Assembly (NCBI RefSeq): GCF_006345805.1
Contig: NC_043019.1
Span: 20,087,360-20,151,359 of the forward strand
Source: Octopus sinensis
Lineage: Eukaryota
Reading direction: 5' to 3'
Length of the DNA stretch: 64,000 bases
The notes under the pieces are model-generated. The model was not told the origin of the DNA. It searched no databases and saw only the letters and a program-made list of their open reading frames with translations. Shown here in pieces: positions 49,846 to 62,150 of this stretch. The translations under genes were made by a program, and so were the position numbers. The number at the start of each line of letters is the position of its first letter. The stretch's first letter is position 1.

Positions 49846-50117
49846 TTTTAATAGGATAGCTTATCATCATTATCATTTAACATCCACTTTTCTATGCCTG
49901 CGTTGATCAGATGAAGTTTGTTGAGGCAGATTTTCTACAGCCTAATGTCCATCGTGGTGCCAACTCTCACTTGTTTCCAAGCAAGATAATATTTCCCCCC
50001 TGGCCAGACATGTTTTTATGGAAGACTGGAAATGAAAGATGGTGATGCTTGTTTACATTACAGGATGTCAAGGTAAGACAACAGCAACACACACATTCAT
50101 TTTATCATCTAATATAT

Positions 50118-50635
50118 ATCATCATCATCATCATCATCATCATTTACGTCCGCTTTCATTGCTAGCATAGGTTGGACGGTTCAACTGTGGTCTGGGAAGC
50201 CAGAAGGCTGCACCAGGCCCAGTCTGATCTGGCAGTGTTTCTACAGCTGGATGCCCTTCCTAACGCCAACCACTCCGTGAGTGTAGTGGGTGCTTTTTAC
50301 GTGCCACTGGTACAGGTGCCAGACGGGGCTGGCAAACGGCCACGATCAGATGGTGCTTTTTACGTGCCACTGGCACGGAGGCCCGTCGAGGCGGTGCTGG
50401 CAATGGCATGTATATATATATATATATATATATATACACTATGAGTTTCTTCCAGTTTCTGCCTACCAGATCCACTTACAAGCCTTTGATTGGACTGAGA
50501 GTATAAAAGAAGACACTTGTCTAAGGTGCCAAGACTGGACCCTGGTGCAGCCATCTGGTTCGCCAGCCCTCAGTCAAATCGTCCAACCCATGCTAGCATG
50601 GAAAGCGGAAATTAAACGATGATGATGATGATGAT
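50118..50635. mobile_element. Family D minus copy (50118-50405), SINE-B remnant, family D plus copy (50530-50635)
   Basis: D motifs in inverted orientation. Confidence 0.8.
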
Positions 50636-50946
50636 ACCTGTCTCCTTCTCTTGACATTGTGCGAGGGTTGTAAATGAGTGCCACTGTGTCAAACAAACAA
50701 CGTCACTCATTTCTAACGCTCTGTGAGAACATGTTTGATTATGGACACACATCCATATAAGGCGTCAACCTGTAGAAAATCTATCTCAACAAATTCCACC
50801 TGACTCATGCAAGCATGGAAAAGTGGAAGCTAAAACGATAATATATAGTCTCAAGTCATCCTTGAGCCTGTAGACCAGACTCCTATCATGAAAGGACTTC
50901 CAGCTATGACCCTTCAATGTATCTTCTCTTCTATGACAAAGTGTAT

Positions 50947-53202
50947 ATATTTCTTTACTACCCACAAGGGGCTAAACACAGAGGGGACGAACAAGGACAG
51001 ACAAAGGGATTAAGTCAATTACATCGACCCCAGTGCGTAACTGGTACTTAATTTATCGACCCCGAAAGGATGAAAGGCAAAGTGGACCTCGGCGGAATTT
51101 GAACCCAGAACCTAACGGCAGACGAAATACCTATTTCTTTACTACCCACAAGGGGCTAAACACAGAGGGGACGAACAAGGACAGACAAAGGGATTAAGTC
51201 GATTACATCGACCCCAGTGCGTAACTGGTACTTAATTTATCGACCCCGAAAGGATGAAAGGCAAAGTGGACCTCGGCGGAATTTGAACCCAGAACCTAAC
51301 GGCAGATGAAATACCTATTTCTTTACTACCCACAAGGGGCTAAACACAGAGGGGACGAACAAGGACAGACATAGGTATTAAGTCGATTACATCGACCCCA
51401 GTGCGTAACTGGTACTTAATTTATCGACCCCGAAAGGATGAAAGGCAAAGTGGACCTCGGCGGAATTTGAACCCAGAACCTAACGGCAGACGAAATACCT
51501 ATTTCTTTACTACCCACAAGGGGCTAAACACAGAGGGGACGAACAAGGACAGACAAGGGATTAAGTGGATTACATCGACCCCAGTGCGTAACTGGTACTT
51601 AATTTATCGACCCCGAAAGGATGAAAGGCAAAGTGGACCTCGGCGGAATTTGAACTCAGAACGTAACGGCAGACGAAATACCTATTTCTTTACTACCCAC
51701 AAGGGGCTAAACACAGAGGGGACGAACAAGGACAGACATAGGTATTAAGTCGATTACATCGACCCCAGTGCGTAACTGGTACTTAATTTATCGACCCCGA
51801 AAGGATGAAAGGCAAAGTGGACCTCGGCGGAATTTGAACCCAGAACGTAACGGCAGACGAAATACCTATTTCTTTACTACCCACAAGGGGCTAAACACAG
51901 AGGGGACGAACAAGGACAGACATAGGTATTAAGTCGATTACATCGACCCCAGTGCGTAACTGGTACTTAATTTATCGACCCCGAAAGGATGAAAGGCAAA
52001 GTGGACCTCGGCGGAATTTGAACCCAGAACCTAACGGCAGACGAAATACCTATTTCTTTACTACCCACAGGGGCTAAACACAGAGGGGACGAACAAGGAC
52101 AGACAAAGGGATTAAGTCGATTACATCGACCCCAGTGCGTAACTGGTACTTAATTTATCGACCCCGAAAGGATGAAAGGCAAAGTGGACCTCGGCGGAAT
52201 TTGAACCCAGAACCTAACGGCAGACGAAATACCTATTTCTTTACTACCCACAAGGGGCTAAACACAGAGGGGACGAACAAGGACAGACATAGGTATTAAG
52301 TCGATTACATCGACCCCAGTGCGTAACTGGTACTTAATTTATCGACCCCGAAAGGATGAAAGGCAAAGTGGACCTCGGCGGAATTTGAACCCAGAACCTA
52401 ACGGCAGACGAAATACCTATTTCTTTACTACCCACAAGGGGCTAAACACAGAGGGGACGAACAAGGACAGACAAAGGGATTAAGTCGATTACATCGACCC
52501 CAGTGCGTAACTGGTACTTAATTTATCGACCCCGAAAGGATGAAAGGCAAAGTGGACCTCGGCGGAATTTGAACCCAGAACCTAACGGCAGACGAAATAC
52601 CTATTTCTTTACTACCCACAAGGGGCTAAACACAGAGGGGACGAACAAAGACAGACAAAGGGATTAAGTCGATTACATCGACCCCAGTGCGTAACTGGTA
52701 CTTAATTTATCGACCCCGAAAGGATGAAAGGCAAAGTGGACCTCGGCGGAATTTGAACCCAGAACCTAACGGCAGACGAAATACCTATTTCTTTACTACC
52801 CACAAGGGGCTAAACACAGAGGGGACGAACAAAGACAGACAAAGGGATTAAGTCGATTACATCGACCCCAGTGCGTAACTGGTACTTAATTTATCGACCC
52901 CGAAAGGATGAAAGGCAAAGTGGACCTCGGCGGAATTTGAACCCAGAACCTAACGGCAGACGAAATACCTATTTCTTTACTACCCACAAGGGGCTAAACA
53001 CAGAGGGGACGAACAAAGACAGACAAAGGGATTAAGTCGATTACATCGACCCCAGTGCGTAACTGGTACTTAATTTATCGACCCCGAAAGGATGAAAGGC
53101 AAAGTGGACCTCGGCGGAATTTGAACTCAGAATGTAACGGCAGACGAAATACCGCTAAGCATTTCGCCCGGCGTGCTAACGTTCCTGCCAGCTCGCCGCC
53201 TT
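50947..53202 (-). repeat. Tandem array of 12 SINE-C bodies (~183 bp) under a single tRNA head, in an SLC25A38 intron
   Basis: 12 units counted; A-box only at 53160-53202; array-private variants shared by the units. Confidence 0.95.
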
Positions 53203-53429
53203 CCATGACAAAGTGTAACAACATTATCCAATGAGAAACAGTGTCCTTCATGCTTTATTAAGTGTAGCAGTGATGACATAGTGATGTAGAACTGACTAAG
53301 AATTGCAAAAAGGTGACAAAGTTAGCTTAGCCTGGGTATATACCTAGGGGTAGGAGGTATGTAGGTCACTATCTCTACACAACCCAGAAAGGTCACAAAA
53401 GCCTTATCAACGGCAAAGAAGTCACTTAC

Positions 53430-53528
53430 CAGGGGACAGAAATAATTTTGTTTTGGTATAAAATGCAAAGTAAAGAGCTGAAAATGGGACGTCTCGGGCC
53501 AATGTAGGGACCAGACCGCTGTATAAAC
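53430..53528 (-). CDS. SLC25A38: SLC25A38 coding exon 7 (99 bp)
   Basis: (G)LYSGLVPTLARDVPFSALYFAFYTKTKLFLSP has the RD.PFS motif. Acceptor ttttttcag, donor gtaagt. Confidence 0.96.
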
Positions 53529-53859
53529 CTGAAAAAAGGAGAGTCAGAGGTAAACATGTGAACATGAATAACACAAGGAGCATAGTTTAGTTAATCCGTT
53601 CATGTTTAGTGCCATTCACCAACAAAACAGGGGATCAAATTTTGATGCAAAGCCAGAGATTTTAAGTGAACGGGAAAGTTGGTTACATCAACACTGGTGT
53701 TCAGCAGGAATTTATTTCACTGACCCCAAAACGATGACAGGCAAAATCAACCATGACGTAATTTGAACACAGAATGAAAAGAACCAGAAAAAATACTGCT
53801 AAGAATTTTCACAAACTTGTTTATGATTCTACTGGCTGAGTATATGTGTGGAGACAGCC

Positions 53860-54235
53860 AAACTTGCTTACTTGTGGCGACATTCACCGTGGGCGGATTG
53901 AGTCGGCTTCTTCTACTCATGGAAGAAGTTTCGTGGGAATGTGGGTTTCACAAGCAGTTCCCAACAATCCAGCATGTGGAGACATCCTGTTTGCCGCAGA
54001 TTGTCCGCAGATGCAGGGACTGAATGACTGAGGAGCCGCCGGTTGCCGAAGCAGACACTCCGAGGATTTTCACAAGAGCTCCGTCTGCCAGGTTGTGGCA
54101 CTAATACCATTCGGTGTCAGACCAATCTGCCTTGGGTAGCCCTACCAGGAACCGAAGTTCTCGACAGCATAGCTCTGACACTACCCATTGCCAGTGTCCC
54201 CACCACGGTGAGGAGGGGATGGACTTTGGGGACAG
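53860..54235. repeat. Unclassified ~390-bp interspersed repeat, copy 2
   Basis: Same sequence as 40105-40495, diverged. Confidence 0.7.
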
Positions 54236-54424
54236 CCAAAACAAGTATTTGACCCAGACTGCCTTCTTCCAACTGTTAAACATGGAAGAGGATCTGTGAT
54301 GATCTGGGGGGACTATATCTTGGAAATCTGCCAGCCCAATGGTCTCCCTTCATGGCAGAATTGATAGTCAAGACTATTTAAGCATTTTATCTGATCAAAT
54401 TTATCCATGGTTGTGGAACTGTTT

Positions 54425-54850
54425 CCGGAGACGATTTTGACTGAAGGCTGGCGAACCAGATGGCTGCACCAGGCTCCAATCTTGATCTGGCAGAGTTTCT
54501 ACAGCTGGATGCCCTTCCTAACGCCAACCACTCCAAGAGTGTAGTGGGTACCTTTTACGTGCCACCGGCACAGGCGCCAGCCAGGCAGTACTGGCAATGA
54601 CCTCGCTCGAATCTTTTTACACGTGCCAGTGAAGCGACGTTGGTAACGATCACGCTCGAATGGTGCCCTTTTACATGCCACGGGTACGGAAGCCAGTTGG
54701 CTGCTCTGGCAATGATCACACTCGGATTAGCACCCTACTTGCACATGCACAAGTGCCAGTAAGGCGACGCTGATAACGATCATACTCGAATGGTGCCCTT
54801 TTATGTGCCACTGGCACGAAAGCCGGTTAGCCGCTCTGTCAACAATCACA
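54425..54850 (-). mobile_element. Family D copy (second subfamily)
   Basis: Same motifs. Confidence 0.82.
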
Positions 54851-55026
54851 CTCATATATAGAAATTAATATGTCACATGTTTAAAGACACTTTGCTCAAC
54901 AGGGTAGACAAAACATGAAAATTTGAGTACAGTACACGTGCAGGATGTTTTCACATGAAGTGGCTGCTATATGAATGGTAGTGCTGACTAACAGCAAACA
55001 CTGAGAATAAATACACAGGTACTTAC

Positions 55027-55096
55027 CAAGCAGGCCCTCAGTAACGTATATCTTTCTTAAACCATCGGGAACACTTCTGTAATGATAAATACCACT
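55027..55096 (-). CDS. SLC25A38: SLC25A38 coding exon 6 (70 bp)
   Basis: SGIYHYRSVPDGLRKIYVTEGLL(G). Acceptor ctgttttcag, donor gtaagt. Confidence 0.95.
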
Positions 55097-55151
55097 CTGA
55101 AAACAGAACAAAGAGTGCTGACACTGAAAAACTGTCTCTCATCTCCCCATC

Positions 55152-55642
55152 CTATTTCTTTACTACCCACAAGGGGCTAAACACAGAGGGGACAAACAAG
55201 GATAGACAAACGGATTAAGTCGATTACATCGACCCCAGTGCGTAACTGGTACTTAATTTATCGACCCCGAAAGGATGAAAGCCTAAGTCGACCTCCGCGG
55301 AATTTGAACTCAGAACGTAACGACAGACAAAATACAGCTACGCATTTCGCCCGGCGTGCTAACATTTCTGCCAGCTTGACGCCTTTAACGTAAAGACAGG
55401 CGAAATACCTATTTCTTTACTACCCACAAGGGGCTAAACACAGAGGGGACAAACAAGGACAGACAAACGGATTAAGTTGATTACATCAACTCCAGTGCGT
55501 AACTGGTACTTAATTTATCGACCCCGAAAGGACGAAAGGCTAAGTCAACCTTGGTGGAATTTGAACTCAGAACGTAATGACAGACAAAATACGGTTACGC
55601 ATTTCGCCCGGTGTGCTAACGATTCTGCCAGCGCGCCGCCTT
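55152..55642 (-). mobile_element. Two adjacent full SINE-C copies
   Basis: Each has its own head. Confidence 0.88.
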
Positions 55643-56107
55643 ATCATCATCATTATCATCATTTTAACATCTACTTTTCCATGCCTGCATGAGCTGGATG
55701 GAATTTGTTGAAGCAAACCCTCACTTGTTTCAAAGCAAGGCCAGGCATATTCTTGCAGGAATATTGGAAATGAATGACACTGCTCGGGTGACAGTAACAA
55801 TCATTTACAACTACAACACAATGATCAAAACAAGGAGACACAAACGGGGACACACTTATACATATATACCACAGGCTTCTTTCAGTTTCCATTTACCAAA
55901 TCCACTCACAATGTTTTGATCAGCCTAGGTCAAGGTGCCATACAGTGTAACTGAACCCAGAACCATATAGTTGGGAAATAAACTTCTTAATGCAGCCATA
56001 TCTATTCATTAATAATAAATGAAGGGTGACTGTACTTTCTTTCAGTTTCTATCTACCAAATCCACTCACAAGGCTTTGGTTAGCCTGAGGCTATAGTAGA
56101 TTACATA

Positions 56108-56290
56108 GGGAGAGTTTACGAAAAAAACAAAAGACAAAGACAGGTGGTGAACAAAACAAACAGATGTATTAGTATAATGATCAGCAATAGAAAAAGTCTT
56201 TTACATTTCGAGCCTACGCTCTTCTTCAGAAAGGGACACAGAAAAAAATCAAGGAGAGGAAAAAATGTGTGTAATGGCTAACGATCTATC
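56108..56290. repeat. Unclassified repeat, possibly a Penelope-like terminus; partial copy at 7576-7650
   Basis: gggagagtttac.aaaaaaacaaaag...acaggtggtg.acaaaacaaacagatgtattagtataatg is shared. The class is a guess. Confidence 0.5.
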
Positions 56291-56429
56291 ATGGTGTCTA
56301 GTAGATTACACTGGCTCAAGATGCCATACAGTGAGAGTGAATCTGAGATGATGTCATTGGGAAACAGACTTATTTGAAAATCTACAAAATACAATTGAGA
56401 AAAGAACAAACTGTAACAGCAACACTTAC

Positions 56430-56535
56430 CTCATACCTTGTCTTTAGGACACTGATTGGGTGCATGATGGCTACTGTGAGGGTACGAGCAGCAGCACCAA
56501 TTGACAAAGATTCGATAATTGTTGGGGTATCAGAC
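56430..56535 (-). CDS. SLC25A38: SLC25A38 coding exon 5 (106 bp)
   Basis: SDTPTIIESLSIGAAARTLTVAIMHPISVLKTRYE resembles SPITVIKTRYE. Canonical splice sites. Confidence 0.96.
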
Positions 56536-56667
56536 CTGCATTTCAAGAAAGAAAGAAAAAAATTTTTGAATATAGGCCTGCCCTAACAGGCGATTGGAAA
56601 GCACAGCCATAACCCAAAGATAACTAATTTCAGCTAAACAAAATGGAATAAGTGAAAATATACTTAC

Positions 56668-56738
56668 CCCAGGTAGGTTTTAAATGAATGGAGCAGTGAG
56701 AAATAGATACCAATGCCAGGCACACATCTTGTAACAGT
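56668..56738 (-). CDS. SLC25A38: SLC25A38 coding exon 4 (71 bp)
   Basis: TVTRCVPGIGIYFSLLHSFKTYL(G) resembles SIVRCVPGVGIYF. Acceptor tatttcag, donor gtaagt. Confidence 0.96.
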
Positions 56739-57019
56739 CTGAAATAATAATATAGACTCTTAGGGCCAGGAAAGATTATCAGGAGGGTTCTAAGCATTTG
56801 AAAGACTATTGAAAGCTAGTGGATGCCTAAGGTTACAGGTAGTAACCTGCTACCCACAGAAGTCCTGCCAGGAATAAGACCAAACCAGAGTCAAATCAGA
56901 AATAATAATAATAATAATAATTTTGGTAAAAAGCCAGCAATTTTAGAGGGAGCTGATAAGTTGATTACCTCAACCCCAAAACTCAACAGGCATTTTATCA
57001 ACCTAAAAAAGGTATAGGT

Positions 57020-57345
57020 AGAAACTCCATAAGATGCACCCAGTTCAAGCTATGGACATATAAGAGGTGCAGCAATATCAGAGGAATATAGTCTTTGCAT
57101 GTGTCAGATGCACAGGTACAATAAACACTAGAAATGTACAGAAAACAGATTTCATCAAATGCTGGGGGGAGCTAGAAGTAGTTGATAGCTTTTGTTATCT
57201 AGGTGACCAAATCAGCAGCAGAGATGGATGCTCAGAGAGTGTAGCTGTTAGAATAAGAATAGGCTAGGCAAAGTTCAGAGAGCTTTTACCTTTTTGGTAA
57301 CTAAGGGTCTCTCCCTCAGAGTGAAAGGCAGACTGTATGAGTGTG
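57020..57345 (+). mobile_element. RTE LINE fragment (zinc-finger/thumb region)
   Basis: Homologous to 19135-19400 (GRNSIRC, LEVVDSFCYLGDQI, RIRIGW). Confidence 0.8.
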
Positions 57346-57753
57346 CTGGGTGGTCTTACATGGGCTCTCTTACATGGCGTCATATGGGTGTCTTTATGTG
57401 CAACCACATGAGTGTTTCTACATGGCACTGCCATGAATGCTTTTCACCAGAGGGACTGGTCTTAACACTTCTGCTGTGGTATACGGGTCTTCTTATATAC
57501 ATACATACATACACATGACAGGCCTCTTTCAGTTTATGGTTATGAAATCCACTCACAAGGCTTTGGTTGACCCAGGGCTATAGTAGATGACACTTGGTCA
57601 AGGTGCATATAGTGGGACTGAATTCGAACCCATGTAGTTGCAAAGCGAATTTCCCACAACACAGTAACATATGTGCCTCAATGTATTGAAAAGGACAAAC
57701 AAAAATGATAAAGTAAAAAGAAAGAAAAACAACTGCGTAGGAAGATAACTTAC

Positions 57754-57838
57754 AGGGGCAAGACCTTTCCATAAGCCAGTGACTTTGTCCTGCTTCAGTA
57801 CATGTGTTATCACAGATAGAACACCAAGACGGCCTTCA
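57754..57838 (-). CDS. SLC25A38: SLC25A38 coding exon 3 (85 bp)
   Basis: EGRLGVLSVITHVLKQDKVTGLWKGLAP. Acceptor ctgtctag, donor gtaagt. Confidence 0.95.
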
Positions 57839-58254
57839 CTAGACAGATAAACAAGAAAGAGAGAGATTTTATTTACAAAACAAGCAAATACAGTAAAAGA
57901 ACAGGTGATAAAGTGGAAAATTAAAAAAACACTTATCCCAAATGGGCCACAGAGGTCTCTTCTGTCAGCTGCGGACTTTTTCTAACAAATCCACTCACAA
58001 GGCTTTTGTCAGGTCTGTGCTATAGTAGAAGAGACATTTCAAAATGCCACAAAGTGCCACACTGTGGTATTGAACCCAGAGTTACGAGGCTGAGAAGCAA
58101 ACACTTGATTTGAAGTCCAGTCCTACTGTGTGGCACCTTAAACAAATATCTTCTACTAAAGCTCTGGACTGGCCAAAGCCTTGTGGATGGGTTTGGAAGA
58201 CAAAAACTGGAAGAAGCTCATCACATATATACATACAGACAGACACATACATAC

Positions 58255-58830
58255 ATCATCATCATCGTTTAACGTCCATTTTCCATGCTAGCATGGGCTG
58301 GACAGTTCAACCAGGGTCTAGGAAGCCAGGAGGCTGCGCCAGGCTCCAGTCTGATCTGGCAGTGTTTCTACAGCTGGATGCCCTTTCTGATGCCAACCAC
58401 TCCGTGAGTGTAGTGGGTGTTCTTTACGTGCCACCAGCACAGGGGCCAGAGGAGGCTGGCAAACAGCCACGATCGGTTGGTGCTTTTTACGTGTCACCAA
58501 CACGGACGCCAGTCAGGCAGTGCTGGTATCAACCATGTTCGGATGGTGCTTTTTACATGCCACCGGCATGGGTATCATAACTACAATTTCCATTTAACTA
58601 TTATTTTGATGCTGATGTACTTGAGGTCTCCTCAAGCACAGCGGGTCACTCTATGATCTAGGTTAGCACAGCAGGCCGTCCTGCGAGCCATGAACTCACT
58701 TCATTTGTCGGGTTTTCGCAGTCACAGCATATCTCCAGAGGTCTCGGTCTTTCATCAAAGCCTCTGTGAGGCCCAACGTTCAAAGGTCATGCTTGACCAC
58801 CTCATCCCATGTCTTCCTGGGACTCCCTCC
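58255..58830 (-). mobile_element. RTE LINE 3' end: ORF C-terminus continuous with family D repeat
   Basis: PRKTWDEVVKHDL*TLGLTEALMKDRDLWRYAV runs through a UTR into the D motifs and a (GAT)n tail. Confidence 0.85.
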
Positions 58831-59310
58831 ACAAGTCCGGGCAAGGCTGTTTATGGAAGGCCAGCAGTCACCCATGCATACCAGCCTCCCCTCTCCACAC
58901 CACTGATGTTATCCAAGGGAAAGGCAAAGGTCGATACAGCTTGGCACCAGTGATGTTGCAACGTGAAATAAAGTGTCTTGCTCAAGAACACAACATGCAG
59001 CCCAGTTTGGGAATTGAATGCACAACCTCATGATCATAAGCTCGATGCTCTAACCACTGAGCCATGTGCCTTCACATATATATATATACCTACATACATA
59101 TATATATATATATACATATATACATACATATTCATACACATACACACACACACGCACATATGTATATAGAGAGAGAGAATTATATCTATTGACATATATA
59201 AGTCTGATGGTAAATGCCACCATACCCCACCGTGTTAAGTGTGGGTTCGGTTTTGAAGCAAGTTTATCAATTCATTTACAAGAATTCGTCAAACTAGTAA
59301 AGTCACTCAC

Positions 59311-59423
59311 CCAGCTTTGACTGGTGATTGCAGTCGTGTTTTCACCAAATCTAATGGTTGGAAGAGAAGAGCTGAGCAGGTTCCACTTAGTGAACCAGCC
59401 AGGAAAGATTTTACGATCGATAC
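59311..59423 (-). CDS. SLC25A38: SLC25A38 coding exon 2 (113 bp)
   Basis: [37 protein letters not shown](G) carries the first carrier signature. Acceptor ctgcag, donor gtgagt. Confidence 0.97.
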
Positions 59424-60010
59424 CTGCAGCAAGGACAAAAAAAAAAAAAACATGTCTGAAGGTTAAAATGTTTACACTGGTATAAAAGAAGACAGAATTT
59501 ACAATAAAGCACTTTGAGAACAACCATATATTATTACAAATAAGTAGATGGATGAAAAAGTTCAAAATTTAAAGTTGGGGGAAGGGTGAAATTCGAGCCA
59601 CTTTTTAAACTTTATAACATTACCTTAATTATTAAGCATTGTTTGTTTTTCATAAAATGGTGTATGTTTAATTTATATTAAACTATTATTTACGATTATT
59701 TAAGGTAAACACAAGTAAAATGCAAATTCTTTTCACTTTAATGTTTTTGTCTGTAATTAATTTCGATTTGCATTTGTTCCTCAATTCGCTACGATCTCTT
59801 TAAAGTAAACAGAATCAAAAATTCTAATTGGGGGTGGGGAGATGGGGGTGAAATTAATTATTATTTTTTGCGTATTTGTAATCTCCGTCATATACAACGT
59901 AGGAATCCGAAAAAACTTTTTACTGTTAGATTACGATTATAAAGAAATTTGAGGGGAAAATGTCATTCGTTTCCAACACATTTTCTACACCCGTTGCACT
60001 ATCTTTTTTT

Positions 60011-60223
60011 GGCGATCTTTCGGTACAAGTACCATAACTGCCAAGTCTGTTTGTTTACATTTGAAGAAGAAGAAGATCGTCACTTTTCGTAAAGTTTTTT
60101 TTATATATATGTGGGGTTAGGGTTTGTGGTGGGGGAAAAGGGTTTCTTTTTTTCTTCAGAAATGTAAACAAACCCACGTGGGTTTATAATTGGCAGTTAT
60201 GGTACTTGTACCGAAAGATCGCC
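60011..60223. mobile_element. Short foldback MITE related to the above
   Basis: TIR GGCGATCTTTCGGTACAAGTACCATAACTGCCAA and its exact inverse; internal ggttaggg. No TSD found. Confidence 0.7.
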
Positions 60224-61222
60224 CACACTCCTTCGCTCATCTCTCTCTCTCACACACACGTCCACATACAAAAAAAAGGTGTGTGCATATTTATTTACGT
60301 ATGTACGTATACATGACAACACACTCCTTCACTCATCTTTCTCTCTCTCTCACACGTACATACATCGGACCCATACATCTTTCACTTTCTCCTCTCTTTC
60401 ATTTTAAAACAAAAGTAAATAAATAAATAAAAAATTTACGAAAATTAACGAACAAGACCAACTGTTTATTTTGGCATTGCTCCATAATTCTTCGAAGGCT
60501 ATGGTGAAAAATAATAGGAAAAATCCACGTCAAAACGGAGAAATTTCAACTTATGTAGTCTTCTTGATCCGAAACACCTCTCTCCATACCCGCAGAAAAA
60601 GATTTCCCCCACAAATTTCTTTATAATCGTATTCTACGCAGTTTGAAAAGTATTTGTATAAACTTCCATTACACAAAGAGAGTACTTGAGAACGAATCAG
60701 TTACTTTATTAAGTTCATAATTTTGAAGCCTCTTAAAATTAATTAGTAAACTTACTACGTATATCGACTTCTTTCTTTCTCTCGTTTCTACACCACATCG
60801 TCTAATTAATCTCTCTCAGGTTTTGGGGGTTTTCCAACTTTTTGTTTTTTATACATTTATAATCTTTCCACAAGGCCTGAAATTTACGGGGAATTGAGTA
60901 GACGAATACAACGACCCCCCCCCCCCAGTGCTCAACTGGTATTGTTTTAATGACCTCAAAAGACGAAAGGTAAAGTCGACCTCGGTGGCATCAGAATTTC
61001 GAACATAAAGACGAATGAAATACCTGTAAGCATGTCTGACGTGGTAATTTTAGCCCTAACCCATATATAATATTTAATAACATTGACATTACATAAGTCA
61101 TAATGGCATGAAAAGTTATAGGGAACGAAGTCGAAGAGGCACTTTTGTTGGTATGCCATAATATTAATTACGGAGATGTACTCGCATAGCGAGTGATTTG
61201 ATCTGAGATCGTGTGCTGGAAC

Positions 61223-61407
61223 GAAAACAATTGCAGCGTGGAAGGTGTTTGTAAGCCATTTAAGAAACACACAAAAGCCGTTCGATTCACTTCAACATTT
61301 AAATTTAATTTGTCAAAATATTTTCGTCGCTAAAATCCGTGACCTGTTCACTGACGTCAGTGTTTCTTAAATGGCTTATAAACACCTTCCATGCTGCAAT
61401 TGTTTTC
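61223..61407. repeat. Inverted repeat, ~48-bp arms and ~85-bp spacer
   Basis: gaaaacaattgcagc.tggaaggtgttt.taagccatttaagaaacac inverted. Confidence 0.88.
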
Positions 61408-61423
61408 ATAATATTAATGCTTT

Positions 61424-61735
61424 CTTTTATTTACCACAGGGACATCACATGAATAGGTTTATTTATTAAACTAATTAAATTAACGTGTTCCGAGGAATTA
61501 CAACCGTGTTTCGTGGTCTGCTACCACAACAGCTCCTTTATAGGATCCAGTTAGCTCAAGACATCATCAGGAGGAACCACGTCCGGTTTCGGCCCCTATT
61601 CCTCTACCGTTTTGACGTGGCGGGGCCCCCACTTTCGGAGGTGTCTTCAGCTCAGGAAGGGGCTGGTGCTTTCTTTTATTTACCACAGGGACATCACATG
61701 AATAGGTTTACTTATTAAACTATTTAAATTAACGG
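61424..61735. repeat. ~62-bp direct repeats 250 bp apart, possibly Penelope-like
   Basis: ttttatttaccacagggacatcacatgaataggttta at about 61424 and 61674. Confidence 0.6.
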
Positions 61736-61995
61736 GTTTATGAATGTATGTCCCAGCCAAGCAAACACTATTCACAGAGGCACAGACATAAACATATGGT
61801 TTCTCTTTATTATAGGCATATAGCCTGAATAGAGAGGGGACATTACGACACAGGACATGGGGCACATATAACGAAAGATACACGAAAGATGATTATGAGA
61901 TGAAATATTTACAATGAATAGAATGAAATGGCTTACGAGTCCCCCAAAGCTCGCAGTTTCGTTTTACTTTTTATAATTACGGTTAAACTATCCGG

Positions 61996-62150
61996 GGTCC
62001 GAGGTCGACTTTACCTTTCATCCTTTCGGGGTCGATAAATTAAGTACCAGTTACGCACTGGGGTCGATGTAATCGACTTAATACCCATGTCTGTCTTTGT
62101 TTGTCCCCTCTGTGTTTAGCCCCTTGTGGGTAGTAAAGAAATAGGTATTC
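61996..62150 (+). mobile_element. 5'-truncated SINE-C
   Basis: Ends aaataggtatt. Confidence 0.85.

Noticed and set aside
50947-53202. SINE-C array as a hammerhead retrozyme
   Set aside because: No CUGANGA core on either strand of the unit.
59624-59653. Alternative SLC25A38 start exon MKNKQCLIIK with AAG|gtaatg
   Set aside because: Phase fits, but the donor is weaker and the context AT-rich; 63246-63323 preferred. Not fully excluded.
60754-60800. Minus-strand gtaagt donor with an upstream ATG
   Set aside because: Phase 1, out of frame with exon 2; no other support.
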